Below, piece after piece: positions 46,993-57,947 of a stretch of 64,000 nt of DNA. The DNA is from an uncultured Gemmatimonadales bacterium (GTDB lineage: Bacteria > Gemmatimonadota > Gemmatimonadetes > Gemmatimonadales > GWC2-71-9). The position numbers and the translations under genes were made by a program. The notes beneath the pieces are model-generated. The model did no database searches. It was not told the DNA's origin and saw only the letters and a list, made by a program, of their open reading frames with translations. Location: positions 576,001-640,000 of the forward strand of contig CAVOGR010000007.1 of the NCBI GenBank assembly GCA_963695555.1. The letters run 5' to 3'. The stretch's first letter is position 1. Each line of letters starts with the position of its first letter.

Positions 46993-49728
46993 ATGACTCA
47001 TACCATCCGCCGGGCGGTCATTGTCGCCCTCGTCATAGGTTTCGTCCTGCTCCTCGCCATCCCCGGGGCGATTTCACTCTACATAGACTGGCTCTGGTTC
47101 GAGGAGCTTCGATTCGAGCGCGTGTTTACGACGGAGCTGGTTACCCAGCTCGCGCTCTTTGCCGGCGCCGGGCTCGTCGTGTTCGGAGTGCTCTGGGCCA
47201 ATCTCCGGCTGGCGCAACGGGGACTCGTACCCGACCCCATCTTGATCAAGTTCAACCCGAACGCCCCGCATCTCAACGTGACGGCGTTGCTCGGGCGCTT
47301 GGCCATCCCGACCGCCCTGGTCCTCGCGTTCCTGACGGCCCTTCCCCTGACCGGGAATTGGCTGTCCGTGCTGCAGTTCATTCATCGCACGCCGTTCGGA
47401 GTGGCCGACCCGATCTTCGGACGCGACATCGGCTACTATGTGTTCGTCTTGCCCTTGCTCAGCGCCGGTTTGGGCTTGGTGCTGGCACTGCTCATCCTCA
47501 GCCTGGCCCTGAGCGTTCCGCTCTATTGGTTGAGGGGTGACGTCGTCATCAACGGTCGCCGTGTTCGCGTGGAGCCATCCGCCGGCCTACACCTCGGCAT
47601 CCTCGTTGCCCTCGTCTTCCTGACACTCGGGATCCAAACCTGGTTCGTCCACATTCCCAGCCTCCTCTTCTCCACCACCGGCCCGCTGGTGGGCGCCAGT
47701 TATGCCGACCTCCACGCAAGCCTGCCTGCGCTGCGACTATCGGCAGTGATTGCCCTGCTGGCGGCGGGGTTCGTCCTGGTCGGCGCCATCCGCGGCACTG
47801 TGGCCTGGAACGCGACGCTCGCCCTCGCAGCGTATCTGCTCGTGGTGGTCGTAGGACAAGGAATTGTGCCCAGTGCCGTGCAGAAGCTGTTCGTCGATCC
47901 GACGGAGCTGACCCGGGAGACGCCCTATCTCGCCCACCATATCGAGGCGACCCGCCGCGCGTGGAAGCTGGACAGCGTGGAGACGCTCGACCTGCGCGGC
48001 GAGGCCCAACTCACCCGGGACGACATCGCGGCCAACGCTCCCACCATCGAGAACGTGCGCCTGTGGGATCGCGACCCGCTGCTCCAGACCTTCGGACAGC
48101 TCCAGGAAATCCGCACGTATTACGACTTCATCTCGGTCGATGACGACCGGTACTGGATCGACGGGAAGTACCGGCAGGTCATGTTGTCGCCGCGCGAGCT
48201 GAATCCGGCATCGTTGCCGACCCGCACGTTCATCAACGAACATCTCGTCTTCACCCACGGGATGGGAGTTACCCTGGGGCCGGTGAACCAGGTGACGGAG
48301 GAGGGCCTGCCGGTCCTGTTCATTCAGGACCTGCCCCCGGCCTCGAGGGTGTCGCTCCAGGTCACTCGGCCGCAGATCTACTTTGGTGAACTGGCGCAAC
48401 AATACGTGTTCGTCAACACCCGCCGGGAGGAGTTCGACTACCCCTCCGGAGATGCCAACGTCTTCACGGCGTATGAGGGGACGGCCGGGATCTCCATCGG
48501 AGGGCCGCTGCGCCGCGGGCTCCTCGCATGGCATTTCCGGTCGATGAACATCCTTCTCTCGGGGGACCTCACGGCCGAGTCGCGCATCTTGTTTTATCGC
48601 AACATCGTCGACCGGACGCGCCGGGCCCTGCCCTTCCTCCGGCTCGACCACGACCCCTACCTCGTGGTCACCGACGCGGGCGAGCTCAAGTGGATCCTCG
48701 ACGGCTACACGGTCGCCAGCCGCTATCCCTACTCCCAGCGACTGGCCGACGGCACCAGCTACATGCGGAACAGCGTCAAGGTGGTGCTCGACGCCTACAA
48801 CGGCAACGTGGTCCCGTACATCGCCGAGCCCGACGATCCGCTCATCCGAACCTACGACCGGATCTTCCCGGGCATCTTCAAGCCGCTCGCCGAACTGCCG
48901 GCCGACCTCCGGGCCCACCTGCGCTATCCGGAGGACTTGTACGGGATCCAGGCATCGCTGTACACCACCTACCATATGGATGAGGCCGAGGCGTTCTATC
49001 ACCGCGAGGATCAATGGCAGATCCCGGCGATCGATCAACGTGACCGGCCCGATCCATTCATGCGACACATCGTGCTCCGGCTGCCGGAAGAAGACCAAGC
49101 CGAGTTCATCTTCATGACTCCATTCACCCCGCGCGGGAAGGACAATCTGGCCGCGTGGATGGTGGCGAGAAATGACGGCCCACACTATGGGAAGCTCCGG
49201 GTGTACCAGTTCCCGCGGCAAAGCCTGGTGTTCGGCCCGCGTCAAATCGTGAATCGCATCAACCAAGACACTGAAGTGTCGCGCCAAACTTCGCTCTGGG
49301 ACCAGCGGGGCTCGCAGGTCATTCGGGGTGAGCTCTTGGTGATTCCGATCGAGGAGTCGCTCATCTACGTCCAGCCGATCTACCTGCGGGCCGAGGGGGG
49401 CCGCATTCCCGAGCTCAAGCGGGTGGTTGTGGCCTACCAGAATCAGGTGGTGATGGAGGAAACCCTGGAACAGGCGTTGGCCGTGCTGTTCGGCGCTCAG
49501 CAGCCGTCCACCGTCGGTCAGGCACCGGCCGTTGCCGCCGCGGCCCCGGGCGCGACGACCGTTCAGGGGCTCACCGGCGGGGCCGCGACCCTGATCCGCC
49601 AAGCGACCGACCACTACGCACGCGCCATGGAGGCCCAGCGCGCCGGAGATTGGGCCGCCTACGGCGAGTCGATTCGTCGTCTTGGCGCGGTCCTCGACGA
49701 ACTCCGGAGCACAACAGCCGGACCGTGA
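46993..49728 (+). CDS. UPF0182 family membrane protein
   Basis: YIDWLWF, DPIFGRDIGYYVF, NVRLWD, DDDRY, FTHGMG, YMRNSVKVV, HLRYPEDL, YVQPIYL. Confidence 0.9.
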   Translation: MTHTIRRAVIVALVIGFVLLLAIPGAISLYIDWLWFEELRFERVFTTELVTQLALFAGAGLVVFGVLWANLRLAQRGLVPDPILIKFNPNAPHLNVTALLGRLAIPTALVLAFLTALPLTGNWLSVLQFIHRTPFGVADPIFGRDIGYYVFVLPLLSAGLGLVLALLILSLALSVPLYWLRGDVVINGRRVRVEPSAGLHLGILVALVFLTLGIQTWFVHIPSLLFSTTGPLVGASYADLHASLPALRLSAVIALLAAGFVLVGAIRGTVAWNATLALAAYLLVVVVGQGIVPSAVQKLFVDPTELTRETPYLAHHIEATRRAWKLDSVETLDLRGEAQLTRDDIAANAPTIENVRLWDRDPLLQTFGQLQEIRTYYDFISVDDDRYWIDGKYRQVMLSPRELNPASLPTRTFINEHLVFTHGMGVTLGPVNQVTEEGLPVLFIQDLPPASRVSLQVTRPQIYFGELAQQYVFVNTRREEFDYPSGDANVFTAYEGTAGISIGGPLRRGLLAWHFRSMNILLSGDLTAESRILFYRNIVDRTRRALPFLRLDHDPYLVVTDAGELKWILDGYTVASRYPYSQRLADGTSYMRNSVKVVLDAYNGNVVPYIAEPDDPLIRTYDRIFPGIFKPLAELPADLRAHLRYPEDLYGIQASLYTTYHMDEAEAFYHREDQWQIPAIDQRDRPDPFMRHIVLRLPEEDQAEFIFMTPFTPRGKDNLAAWMVARNDGPHYGKLRVYQFPRQSLVFGPRQIVNRINQDTEVSRQTSLWDQRGSQVIRGELLVIPIEESLIYVQPIYLRAEGGRIPELKRVVVAYQNQVVMEETLEQALAVLFGAQQPSTVGQAPAVAAAAPGATTVQGLTGGAATLIRQATDHYARAMEAQRAGDWAAYGESIRRLGAVLDELRSTTAGP

Positions 49729-50504
49729 AGATCATCTCGTGGAACGTCAACTCCATTCGGACCCGGCTCGCGCGGACCCTGGCGCTACTCGAACGCCACC
49801 GTCCCGACGTCCTCTGCCTCCAGGAGACCAAGGTCCGCGACGATGACTTCCCGGTCGACGAGTTCTCGGCGATCGGCTACCACGCCCAGATCTTCGGTCA
49901 GAAGACCTACAACGGCGTCGCCATCCTGAGCCGGTCCCCGGCCTCCGACGTATGCCACGGCTTCCCCGGCGATCCGACGGCTGACCAGGCGCGGGTAATC
50001 GGCGGCACGGTCGACGGGGTCCAGATCCTCAACCTCTATGTGATCAATGGGGAATCAGTCGACAGCCCGAAATTCCAGCTCAAGCTCCAGTGGCTGGATG
50101 CCGTGCTCCGCTGGCTCGAGCAGGATTTCGACCCGGGCCGGCCGCTCCTTCTCGTGGGCGATTTCAACGTCACACCCGACGATCGCGACGTCCACGACCC
50201 CGGAAAGTGGCGCGGACGGGTGCATTGCAGCGGCGCCGAACGAGACCGAATCCGGCAACTCGTTGCCTGGGGCTTGGTGGATGTGACCCGGCGGCACCAC
50301 CCCGGCGGAGGGCCGCACACCTGGTGGGACTACCGCGGCGGCGCCTTCCATCGCGGCTGGGGGCTCCGCATCGACCTGGCGCTGGCGAGCGAGCCGGTGG
50401 CGTCGCGCTGCCGGAGCGTCGAGATCGACCGGGACGAGCGCAAGCCGTCGAGCGGCGAGGGCAAGCCGAGCGATCACGCGCCGTTGATCGTCCACCTCAA
50501 CTAG
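49725..50504 (+). CDS. xth: Exodeoxyribonuclease III
   Basis: ISWNVNSIR, LQETK, YNGVAILS, GDFNV, TWWDYR, GLRIDL, PSDHAP. Confidence 0.93.
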   Translation: MKIISWNVNSIRTRLARTLALLERHRPDVLCLQETKVRDDDFPVDEFSAIGYHAQIFGQKTYNGVAILSRSPASDVCHGFPGDPTADQARVIGGTVDGVQILNLYVINGESVDSPKFQLKLQWLDAVLRWLEQDFDPGRPLLLVGDFNVTPDDRDVHDPGKWRGRVHCSGAERDRIRQLVAWGLVDVTRRHHPGGGPHTWWDYRGGAFHRGWGLRIDLALASEPVASRCRSVEIDRDERKPSSGEGKPSDHAPLIVHLN

Positions 50505-50510
50505 GCGCGG

Positions 50511-51879
50511 CTAGGCGACGTACACCGTCTTTACGTTGACGAATTCCCGTATCCCGAACATCCCCAGCTCGCGACCATACCCCGACTCCTTGACGCCTCC
50601 GAAGGGCAGCCGCGGATCGGACCGGACGAAGGCATTCACGAAACAGCACCCGGCTTCGAGGCGGGTCGTGGCAATGCGCTCGCCGCGCTCGATGTCACGG
50701 GTGAAGATGGCCGCCCCGAGCCCGAACGCCGTGTCGTTCGCGACCATGATGGCTTCGTCCTCATCGGCCACCGGTATGATGGCGGCCACCGGGCCGAAGA
50801 GTTCCTCTTCGTAGGCCGGCATGCCCTTCGTGACGCTGCTCAGCACCGTTGGCGGGTAGAACGCGCCCGGCGAGTCGGGAATCCTGCCACCCAGCAGCAG
50901 GCGGGCCCCGGCCGCAACACTCCGCTCCACCTGCCGGTGGAGTTCGTCGCGGAGATCATGGCGGGCGAGCGGACCGAGGTCCACCGACTCCTCGGTCGGG
51001 TCGCCCATGGTCTTCGATGCCATGCCGGCCACCATCCGGCGTTCGAACTCCGCCAGGATAGTCTCGCGGAACGATGAATCGTTTGGCCGCGATACAACTC
51101 TGGCCGGTGTTGATCAGACGGCCCGTCACGCATGCCTCCGCCGCGCGATCGAGATCGGCGTCTTCCAAGATCACGTAGGGATCACTGCCCCCGAGCTCGA
51201 GCACGGTCTTCTTGAGCCTGGTTCCGGCTTCGCGCGCGACGGCACGGCCGGCGGGCGTGCTCCCGGTCAGGGTGACGCCCTGAACCGATGGATGGCCGAT
51301 CACGCCGGCCACATCGGCGCTTCCGATCAACAGGGTGCGAAACAAATGGTCGGGAGCGCCGGCTTCCCGCCACAGGCGCTCGATGGCCAGGGCGCATCCG
51401 GGGACGTTGCTCGCGTGCTTGAGCGCCATGCCGTTGCCGGCCATGAGGGCCGGGGCGGCGGCGCGGAATACCTGCCAGAACGGAAAATTCCAGGGCATGA
51501 CCGCCAAGATCACGCCGAGCGGTCGATAGGCCACGAAACTCCGGCGCGCGTCGGTCGCGATGTGCTCCGGAGCGAGGAAGTCAGGGCCCTGCTCCGCGTA
51601 GTACTCGCACACCCAGGCACACTTTTCCACTTCCGCCTTGCCCTGAGCGACCGGCTTGCCCATCTCAGCCGCCATCAGCCGGGCCAGGGGCACCGCCTCC
51701 CGGCGGAGGGCTTGCCCGGTCTTGCTCAGGAGCAGAGCGCGCTCGCCCATGGCGCACTCACGCCAGGCCTGTTGGGCCCTGTCCATTTGGTCGAGGACGG
51801 CCGCCGCCGCCGCCGCGCTGAGCGTCTGGTAGGTTTCGAGGGTGTTACCGGTCGTCGGGTCGATACTCGTGATGGTCAT
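50511..51879 (-). CDS. NAD(P)-dependent succinate-semialdehyde dehydrogenase-like aldehyde dehydrogenase (one frameshift near 51060)
   Basis: MPWNFPFWQ, LTGSTPAG, LELGGSDP, NTGQSCIAAKRF; continues in another frame with EELFGPV and PFGGVKESGYGRELG. Confidence 0.85.
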
Positions 51880-51974
51880 GATAGGGACCTCCTCCCCGGT
51901 CAAAACTAGTTTCGGACCTGAGGAGGGCGCTATCGATACCACGCTGGGGCGGTAGGAAGCCGGAGGGAGGGAAA

Positions 51975-52012
51975 CCGATGGGGCCCGACCGCAAGCGGTC
52001 GGGCCCCATCGG
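51975..52012 (-). terminator. Intrinsic terminator after pilC
   Basis: 18-bp inverted repeat CCGATGGGGCCCGACCGC-AA-GCGGTCGGGCCCCATCGG followed by TTTCCCT on the minus strand. Confidence 0.7.
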
Positions 52013-52033
52013 CCATCGGAGAGAACAGCGTGC

Positions 52034-53236
52034 TTACTGAATTGCGTTCATCATATCGAAGATCGGGAGGTACATCGCCACGACCATGCCGCCGACGATG
52101 ACACCCAACACGACGATCATGATCGGCTCCATGAGGGACAGGAGCGCGCTGACTGCGACGTCCACTTCCTCGTCGTAGAAGTCGGCGATTTTCGCCAACA
52201 TTTCGTCCAAGCCGCCGGTCTGCTCGCCGACCGCGATCATGGAAATGACCATCGGCGGGAACACCCTGGACTTTTCGAGCGGGCCCGCGATAGTCTCACC
52301 GCCCGCGATCGACTGCCGCGATTCCATGACGGCATTGTGGATCACCTGATTGCCGGCGGTCTTGGCCGTGATTTCCAGGCCATCCAGAATGGAGACGCCC
52401 GACGAGATGAGCGTCCCGAGCGTCCGGGTGAACCGCGAGACGGCGGACTTGCGTAGCATGTCTCCCAGCACCGGAGAGGACAGAAGCAGCTGGTCGATGC
52501 GGAGCCGGCCGCCATCGGTTCGGTAATACGCCCGCACGGCGAACGTCAGGGCGACGAGGAGGCCGATGGCCGCCCACCAATAGCCCAGCAGCATATCCGA
52601 GGCCCCGATCACGATCCGGGTCGGCAGCGGCAGTTCCATGCCCACCGAGGCGAACATGCTCTGGAACGTCGGGATCACGAAGATGAGCAGGATGGCGATG
52701 GCCGCCCCGGCCACCGTGAGGATCACGCCCGGATACACCAGGGCGCCCTTCACCTTGCGGATCAACGCGTCGTTCTTCTCGAGAAAGACGGCCAAGCGCA
52801 GGAGAATGGTATCGAGAATACCGCCGGCTTCACCGGCAGCCACCATGTTCACGTACAGGTCCGAGAATGCCTTCGGGTGCTTGCTCAAGGCATCGGCGAG
52901 CGTATTGCCGGCCTCGACGTCGTACACCACCGTGCGGGTGACGTCCTTCAGCGACTTGTTCTCGGTCTGCTGCGCCAGAATGTTCAGCGACTGGACCAGC
53001 GGGAGACCCGCGTTGATCATGGTCGCGAACTGGCGCGTGAAGATGACCGTGTCGCGGGTCGTGATGCGCTTCGCGCCAAAGCTCAGGTTGATCGACTTCG
53101 GGGCCTCTCGCACACTCACCAGAATCATCCGATTCTTGCGGATGTGGTTGACGACGTCGTCCTTGGACGGCGCGTCGAGCTGTCCCTTCATGATCTGACC
53201 GCTACTGTTCTTCGCGGTGTATTCGTAGAGCGGCAT
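52034..53236 (-). CDS. pilC: Type IV pilus inner-membrane platform protein PilC
   Basis: FTRQFATMINAGLPL, AGEAGGILD, VGEQTGGLDEML, MEPIMI, AMYLPIF. Confidence 0.95.
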   Translation of the reverse strand: MPLYEYTAKNSSGQIMKGQLDAPSKDDVVNHIRKNRMILVSVREAPKSINLSFGAKRITTRDTVIFTRQFATMINAGLPLVQSLNILAQQTENKSLKDVTRTVVYDVEAGNTLADALSKHPKAFSDLYVNMVAAGEAGGILDTILLRLAVFLEKNDALIRKVKGALVYPGVILTVAGAAIAILLIFVIPTFQSMFASVGMELPLPTRIVIGASDMLLGYWWAAIGLLVALTFAVRAYYRTDGGRLRIDQLLLSSPVLGDMLRKSAVSRFTRTLGTLISSGVSILDGLEITAKTAGNQVIHNAVMESRQSIAGGETIAGPLEKSRVFPPMVISMIAVGEQTGGLDEMLAKIADFYDEEVDVAVSALLSLMEPIMIVVLGVIVGGMVVAMYLPIFDMMNAIQ

Positions 53237-53261
53237 GAGTTCTCTCCTCCGAAATGCTGAC

Positions 53262-54389
53262 CTAGCGGCGCAGGGTGGCGCGCCGACCCTCGTCGATTGA
53301 CTTGATGTCTTCTTCCTCAGGCGGTGTCATGCCGATCATGCGCATGAACTCCTTGGGGTCAGGCGACACCCGCAAACACTCCTCAGGATTCACTCGGCGT
53401 GCCATCTGCAATTGATAGAGCGAATCGTTCATCGTCTGCATTCCATGCTTCTTACCGGACTGGAGCGCGGAATAGATCTGGTGCACCTTGTCGTCCCGGA
53501 TCAGCGCTCGGATTGCGGGGGTCGCCACCAGGATCTCGCACGCCATGCTGCGTCCCCGCCCGCTCGAGTTCTGGAGCAGGGTTTGGGTCACGACGCCCTC
53601 GAGCACGAAGGCGAGCTGGGCCCGGACCTGGGATTGTTGGCTCGACGGGAAGACGTCGATGATCCGGTTGATCGACTCCGCCGACGAGTTGGTGTGGAGC
53701 GTCGCAAGGGCTAGGTGACCCGTTTCCGCGATGGTCAGCGCAGCCGAGATGGTCTCCAGGTCGCGCATCTCGCCCACCAGAATGATATCAGGATCTTCCC
53801 GGAGCGCGTACTTGAGCGCGTTGGCGAAGCTCTTGGTGTCGGTCCCCACTTCGCGCTGGTTGACCAGGCACGACTGGTGGCGGTGGATGAACTCGATCGG
53901 ATCCTCCACCGTGATGATATGGCCTTTGCGCTCCCGGTTGATCTTGTCGATCATGGCCGCGAGCGTGGTTGATTTCCCCGATCCGGTCGGCCCGGTGACC
54001 AGGACGAGGCCGCGGGGGCGCTCGGCGAGCTTGGCCACGACGGGCGGAAGCCCCAGCTCCTCGAAGGACTTCACCTGGAACGGGATCATCCGGATGACCA
54101 TGCCCACGCACCCGCGCTGCTTGAAGCAGTTGCCGCGGAACCGGGCCAGGTTCTGGATCCCGAACGAGAAGTCGAGCTCGTCCTCGGTTTCGAAGCGCTT
54201 CTTCTGGTTTTCCGTCAGGACGGAGTACGCCAAATGAAGCGTGTCCTTCGCGGTCATCACCTCGGTGAACGAGGAATTGACGATATCGCCGTCAATCCGG
54301 AGCTTGGGACACTCGCCCACGGCAAGATGGAGGTCGGACGCTTCCTTCTCGATCATTTCTTCGAGTAACGTCCGGAGATTGATGCTCAT
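53262..54389 (-). CDS. pilT: Type IV pilus retraction ATPase PilT
   Basis: ASDLHL, GPTGSGKSTT, EDPIEF, LREDPD, AETGH, TLHT, AIRALIR, GMQTM. Confidence 0.95.
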   Translation of the reverse strand: MSINLRTLLEEMIEKEASDLHLAVGECPKLRIDGDIVNSSFTEVMTAKDTLHLAYSVLTENQKKRFETEDELDFSFGIQNLARFRGNCFKQRGCVGMVIRMIPFQVKSFEELGLPPVVAKLAERPRGLVLVTGPTGSGKSTTLAAMIDKINRERKGHIITVEDPIEFIHRHQSCLVNQREVGTDTKSFANALKYALREDPDIILVGEMRDLETISAALTIAETGHLALATLHTNSSAESINRIIDVFPSSQQSQVRAQLAFVLEGVVTQTLLQNSSGRGRSMACEILVATPAIRALIRDDKVHQIYSALQSGKKHGMQTMNDSLYQLQMARRVNPEECLRVSPDPKEFMRMIGMTPPEEEDIKSIDEGRRATLRR

Positions 54390-56089
54390 TCGGCTGTCTC
54401 CTTGACTACTTCTTCGAGGGTGGTAACGCCCTGTCTGATCTTCTCGAGGCCATCCATACGCAAGGTCAGCATCCCCTCAGCGACCGCACGGTCCTTGAGA
54501 TCCGCGGCTGAGTCTCCCCGCAAGATCATGCGCCGGAGCTCGGGCGTAAGGGCCATGACCTCATAGAGGCCGGCGCGGCCCCGATACCCCGTGCCGCTGC
54601 ACGTCTCACAGCCCACGCCCTTCATGAACTTGATCGCCGCGGCCTGGTCGTGATCGAGCTGGAGGGGAGCGAGTTCTTCATCCGTGTATTTCGCGTGGTC
54701 TCGACAGTCTTTGCAGATGCGCCGGACCAGCCGCTGGGCGGCCACCAGATTGACCGCGCTCGCCACATTGAATGGCTCGATGCCCATATCGATCATTCGA
54801 GTGATGGTGCTCGCGGCATCGTTGGTGTGGAGGGTCGAGAGCACCAGGTGCCCCGTCAGCGCCGCCTTGATGGCGATACTGCCCGTCTCCAAGTCCCGGA
54901 TCTCACCGATCATGATGACGTTCGGGTCCTGACGGAGAAAGGCGCGGAGCGCCGCCGCGAAGGTCAGGCCGATCTCGGACCGCACCAGCACCTGGTTGAT
55001 GCCCATCAGGTTGTATTCGACCGGATCTTCCGCCGTCATGATGTTGACTTCGGGGCTGTTGATCTTCGAAAGCGCCGAATACAGCGTTGTGGTTTTGCCC
55101 GATCCGGTGGGTCCCGTCACCAGCACCATGCCGTAAGGATTGGCGATGGCCAACATCAGATCCCGCTCCGCTTTCGGCGCGAAGCCGAAGGTGCTGAGAT
55201 CGAGCGTCAGGTTGCCCTTGTCCAGAATACGCATCACGATCTTCTCCCCGAAGAGCACGGGGAGCGTCGAGACACGGAAGTCGATGACCCGCTTGCCGAA
55301 CTTGAGCTTGAGCCGGCCGTCTTGTGGCACGCGACGCTCGGCGATGTTGAGCTGCGACAGGATCTTGACTCGGGACGTGAGGGCCGCCTTCATGCGCACC
55401 GGCGGCTTCATCACCTCCAGCAAGGCCCCGTCGATGCGGTACCGCACCCGGATCTCGTGCTCGAACGGTTCGATGTGGATGTCGCTCGCCCCCCGCCTCA
55501 CGGCGTCGATGAGCAGTCCATTGATGAGTTTGACTACCGGCGCGTCGTCGATCTGCGCCTGGGTGGCAACCTCTTCTTCGGCCTCCTCCAGCACCTCGAC
55601 ATGTTCGGATTCGAGGTCCTGCAGGATTTCCTGGAGTTGTTGATCGGACGACTCGTAGTGACGCTCGATCAGCTTCCGCAGGATCTGCTCTCCGGCCAGA
55701 ACCGGAAAGAGATCGTACCGGGTAATGAACTTGAGGTCGTCGATCAGCCCGATATTGGTGGGGTCGGCCATGGCCACCGTCAGGGTGCGGCCCTCGCGCT
55801 TGAGCGGCAACACAACCTGCTTGGCGGCAATGTCGGCCGGGATGAGCTTGAGCACCGTCGGCTCGACTTCGAACCGGCTGAGATCGACCGCGGGCATCCG
55901 ATAGAGCCGGGCCAGGATCTTGGTGACCTCGTTCTCCTCCACCATCCCCAGCCGCACCACCACGTAGCCCAGGCGATGGCCCGAGGACTTCTGCTCGGCC
56001 AAAGCCTGCACCAGCTTCTCTCGGGTCAGTAACCCTTCCTGAAGCAGATACTGGGCGAGTTGGTCGCGATCGGTCGCGGCAGTTGTCAT
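54386..56089 (-). CDS. pilB: Type IV pilus extension ATPase PilB
   Basis: N-terminal RLGYVVV MshEN-like region; ASDIHIEP, PQDGR, GPTGSGKTTTLY, LRQDP, two CxxC zinc motifs. Confidence 0.95.
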   Translation of the reverse strand: MTTAATDRDQLAQYLLQEGLLTREKLVQALAEQKSSGHRLGYVVVRLGMVEENEVTKILARLYRMPAVDLSRFEVEPTVLKLIPADIAAKQVVLPLKREGRTLTVAMADPTNIGLIDDLKFITRYDLFPVLAGEQILRKLIERHYESSDQQLQEILQDLESEHVEVLEEAEEEVATQAQIDDAPVVKLINGLLIDAVRRGASDIHIEPFEHEIRVRYRIDGALLEVMKPPVRMKAALTSRVKILSQLNIAERRVPQDGRLKLKFGKRVIDFRVSTLPVLFGEKIVMRILDKGNLTLDLSTFGFAPKAERDLMLAIANPYGMVLVTGPTGSGKTTTLYSALSKINSPEVNIMTAEDPVEYNLMGINQVLVRSEIGLTFAAALRAFLRQDPNVIMIGEIRDLETGSIAIKAALTGHLVLSTLHTNDAASTITRMIDMGIEPFNVASAVNLVAAQRLVRRICKDCRDHAKYTDEELAPLQLDHDQAAAIKFMKGVGCETCSGTGYRGRAGLYEVMALTPELRRMILRGDSAADLKDRAVAEGMLTLRMDGLEKIRQGVTTLEEVVKETAE

Positions 56090-56278
56090 CGGCGCACGGG
56101 TCTCGTGGTCCGTCGGTGAAGGTTCGAGAGGTGGGAAAGCCCACTCCCCGGCCCATCCTCTTGCCGTCCGGATGGATAGGATCGTCTGAGCCGACCGGAG
56201 CCAGGATCGTGCCAGGGGTGAAAAGGGGGTTCGAGAGGCCGCGCTGGAACAACGGGTAACCCCCGCAATTCCATACCA

Positions 56279-56944
56279 TTAGGGTACCCGCACCAGGGGA
56301 CCCAGCCGAGCCAGCATCGCAGGCCCAATTCCACGGACCGAACCCAGCTGTTCGAGGGTCGCAAACGGGCCGTGCAGTTCGCGATACGCTACAATCTCGC
56401 GGGCCTTGACCCGCCCGATACCGGGTAAGGCTTCGAGCTCGGCGGCGCTCGCATGGTTGATCGACACCAGGGAGGCGGGCCTTGGCTCAGCCGCCGGCAC
56501 CCCCAGGATGGACCCCGAGACCGACGCGTGGGCTGCGGCGGCCAGCGGCGCCGAGAAGCTGACGAGGGGCTCGAGCTCCGCGAGGAGTGCGGGGCCGATG
56601 CCCGGGACTCGGTCCAACCCGGCGAGACTGCGAAAGGGGCCTGACCTGCTGCGTTGCGCCACGATCCGCTTGGCGAGCACGGGACCGATACCCGGCAGGC
56701 GGGCAAATTCCACGATGTCGGCGCGATCGGCGTCGATCCGCTCGCCCGGGGCGAGTGGACGGGCTACCCGCTCCGCCAGGGCGCGTTGGGCCTCGAGGGA
56801 GCCGGGCCTGGAGGCGGAGCCGCCCGGTAGGAGCCGGATGGCTCCAGGGGCCTCCTCCGGCCGCCCCACGGCAAGTTTGGCCAAGTGACCCACCACGGCC
56901 AGGGTAAGCAGCAAGACGACGAGGCGGCGCTCGGACAGGGCCAT
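56279..56944 (-). CDS. comEA: ComEA-family DNA-binding protein (two HhH domains)
   Basis: N-terminal TM; RLPGIGPVLAKRIV...GPF and INHASAAELEALPGIGRVKAREIV...GPF. Confidence 0.8.
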   Translation of the reverse strand: MALSERRLVVLLLTLAVVGHLAKLAVGRPEEAPGAIRLLPGGSASRPGSLEAQRALAERVARPLAPGERIDADRADIVEFARLPGIGPVLAKRIVAQRSRSGPFRSLAGLDRVPGIGPALLAELEPLVSFSAPLAAAAHASVSGSILGVPAAEPRPASLVSINHASAAELEALPGIGRVKAREIVAYRELHGPFATLEQLGSVRGIGPAMLARLGPLVRVP

Positions 56945-57029
56945 GCCCGAGGATACGCCGCCCACTGCCCGGGGCAGGTATCGTTTCCTCGGGGCCAGGT
57001 CCAAAGCGCCGCATCGGCCCTTTGACCGC

Positions 57030-57947
57030 CTAGCGTTCACCCTTTCGGATCAATTCCAGCACCACCTCGCCGACCACCTGGAGACTCGCCGCGCTGATCT
57101 TGTCGATGGTGTCATCCACAGTGTGCCAGTAGGGATAATCGAAATCGATGATGTTGATGGCACGAATGCCGGCCTGCTGGAGTGGCACGTGATCGTCCTC
57201 CATCGTGTGCTTCGACGACCGGAGGAAGATCCCGCCATGGCCGATATCCCGGGCCGTCTCCCACACAGTTTCCACGACGTCAGGCGCGGCAATCAGGGAG
57301 TAGCCTTCCTGGTAGATAGCGAGGTCACGGTCGCCCACCATGTCGAGCAGCACCGCGTACCGTGGCTTGGGCCCCGGCGGTTGGTTCGCGGCGTAGTACC
57401 TCGAGCCGATCAGCACGTCGACCTTCTCCGGGAACAAGCCGTAATCCTCGCCGTCGACCAGAAGCAGGTCCACTCCGATGGCGGGCGGCGCGTCACCCAA
57501 GGCGTCGGCCACCGAAAGCAGCACCGCCACGCCCGACGCGCCGTCATTGGCCCCGGGCACCGGCCCCCGGGCTTCACCGGCTGTCGGCCCGTCGCTCCGG
57601 GGCCGCGTGTCCCAGTGCGCCAGGAACAGGAGGCGCTCCTGGGCGGCGGGGTTGAATCGGGCGATGAAGTTCTGGAGCGGAAGGGAGTCGCCCGTGGTAG
57701 TGGTGTGGGTCCACCGCTGGACGATCAGCGTATCGGCTCGAGCTGTGAGCAGGCTGTCCAGCCACCGGCTGGCGGCAGCATGCCCTGGGGTGCCGGGAAT
57801 TCGCGGCCCGAACGCGAGTTGGACTTCGGCATAACGCAGCGCCTGCGCCCCGTCGAACGGACGCGGCGGCGGCGATGCGGCGCATGCCGCGAACAACACA
57901 CCCAAGGCCGCGCCGCGCACCGATTCGCGCCATGTCGTACGGCTCAT
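57030..57947 (-). CDS. M28-family peptidase / glutaminyl-cyclase-like lipoprotein
   Basis: Lipobox LFAAC; AHWDTR, GANDGASG, DGEDYG, LDMVG, EDDHVP, YWHT. Confidence 0.85.
   Translation of the reverse strand: MSRTTWRESVRGAALGVLFAACAASPPPRPFDGAQALRYAEVQLAFGPRIPGTPGHAAASRWLDSLLTARADTLIVQRWTHTTTTGDSLPLQNFIARFNPAAQERLLFLAHWDTRPRSDGPTAGEARGPVPGANDGASGVAVLLSVADALGDAPPAIGVDLLLVDGEDYGLFPEKVDVLIGSRYYAANQPPGPKPRYAVLLDMVGDRDLAIYQEGYSLIAAPDVVETVWETARDIGHGGIFLRSSKHTMEDDHVPLQQAGIRAINIIDFDYPYWHTVDDTIDKISAASLQVVGEVVLELIRKGER

Noticed and set aside
15975..51065. Single frameshifts at about 15988, 37527 and 51060 as programmed frameshifting or true pseudogenes
   Set aside because: They are isolated one-base indels in otherwise intact genes with no slippery heptamer evident. 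Sequencing or consensus error is more parsimonious, but this needs reads to confirm.
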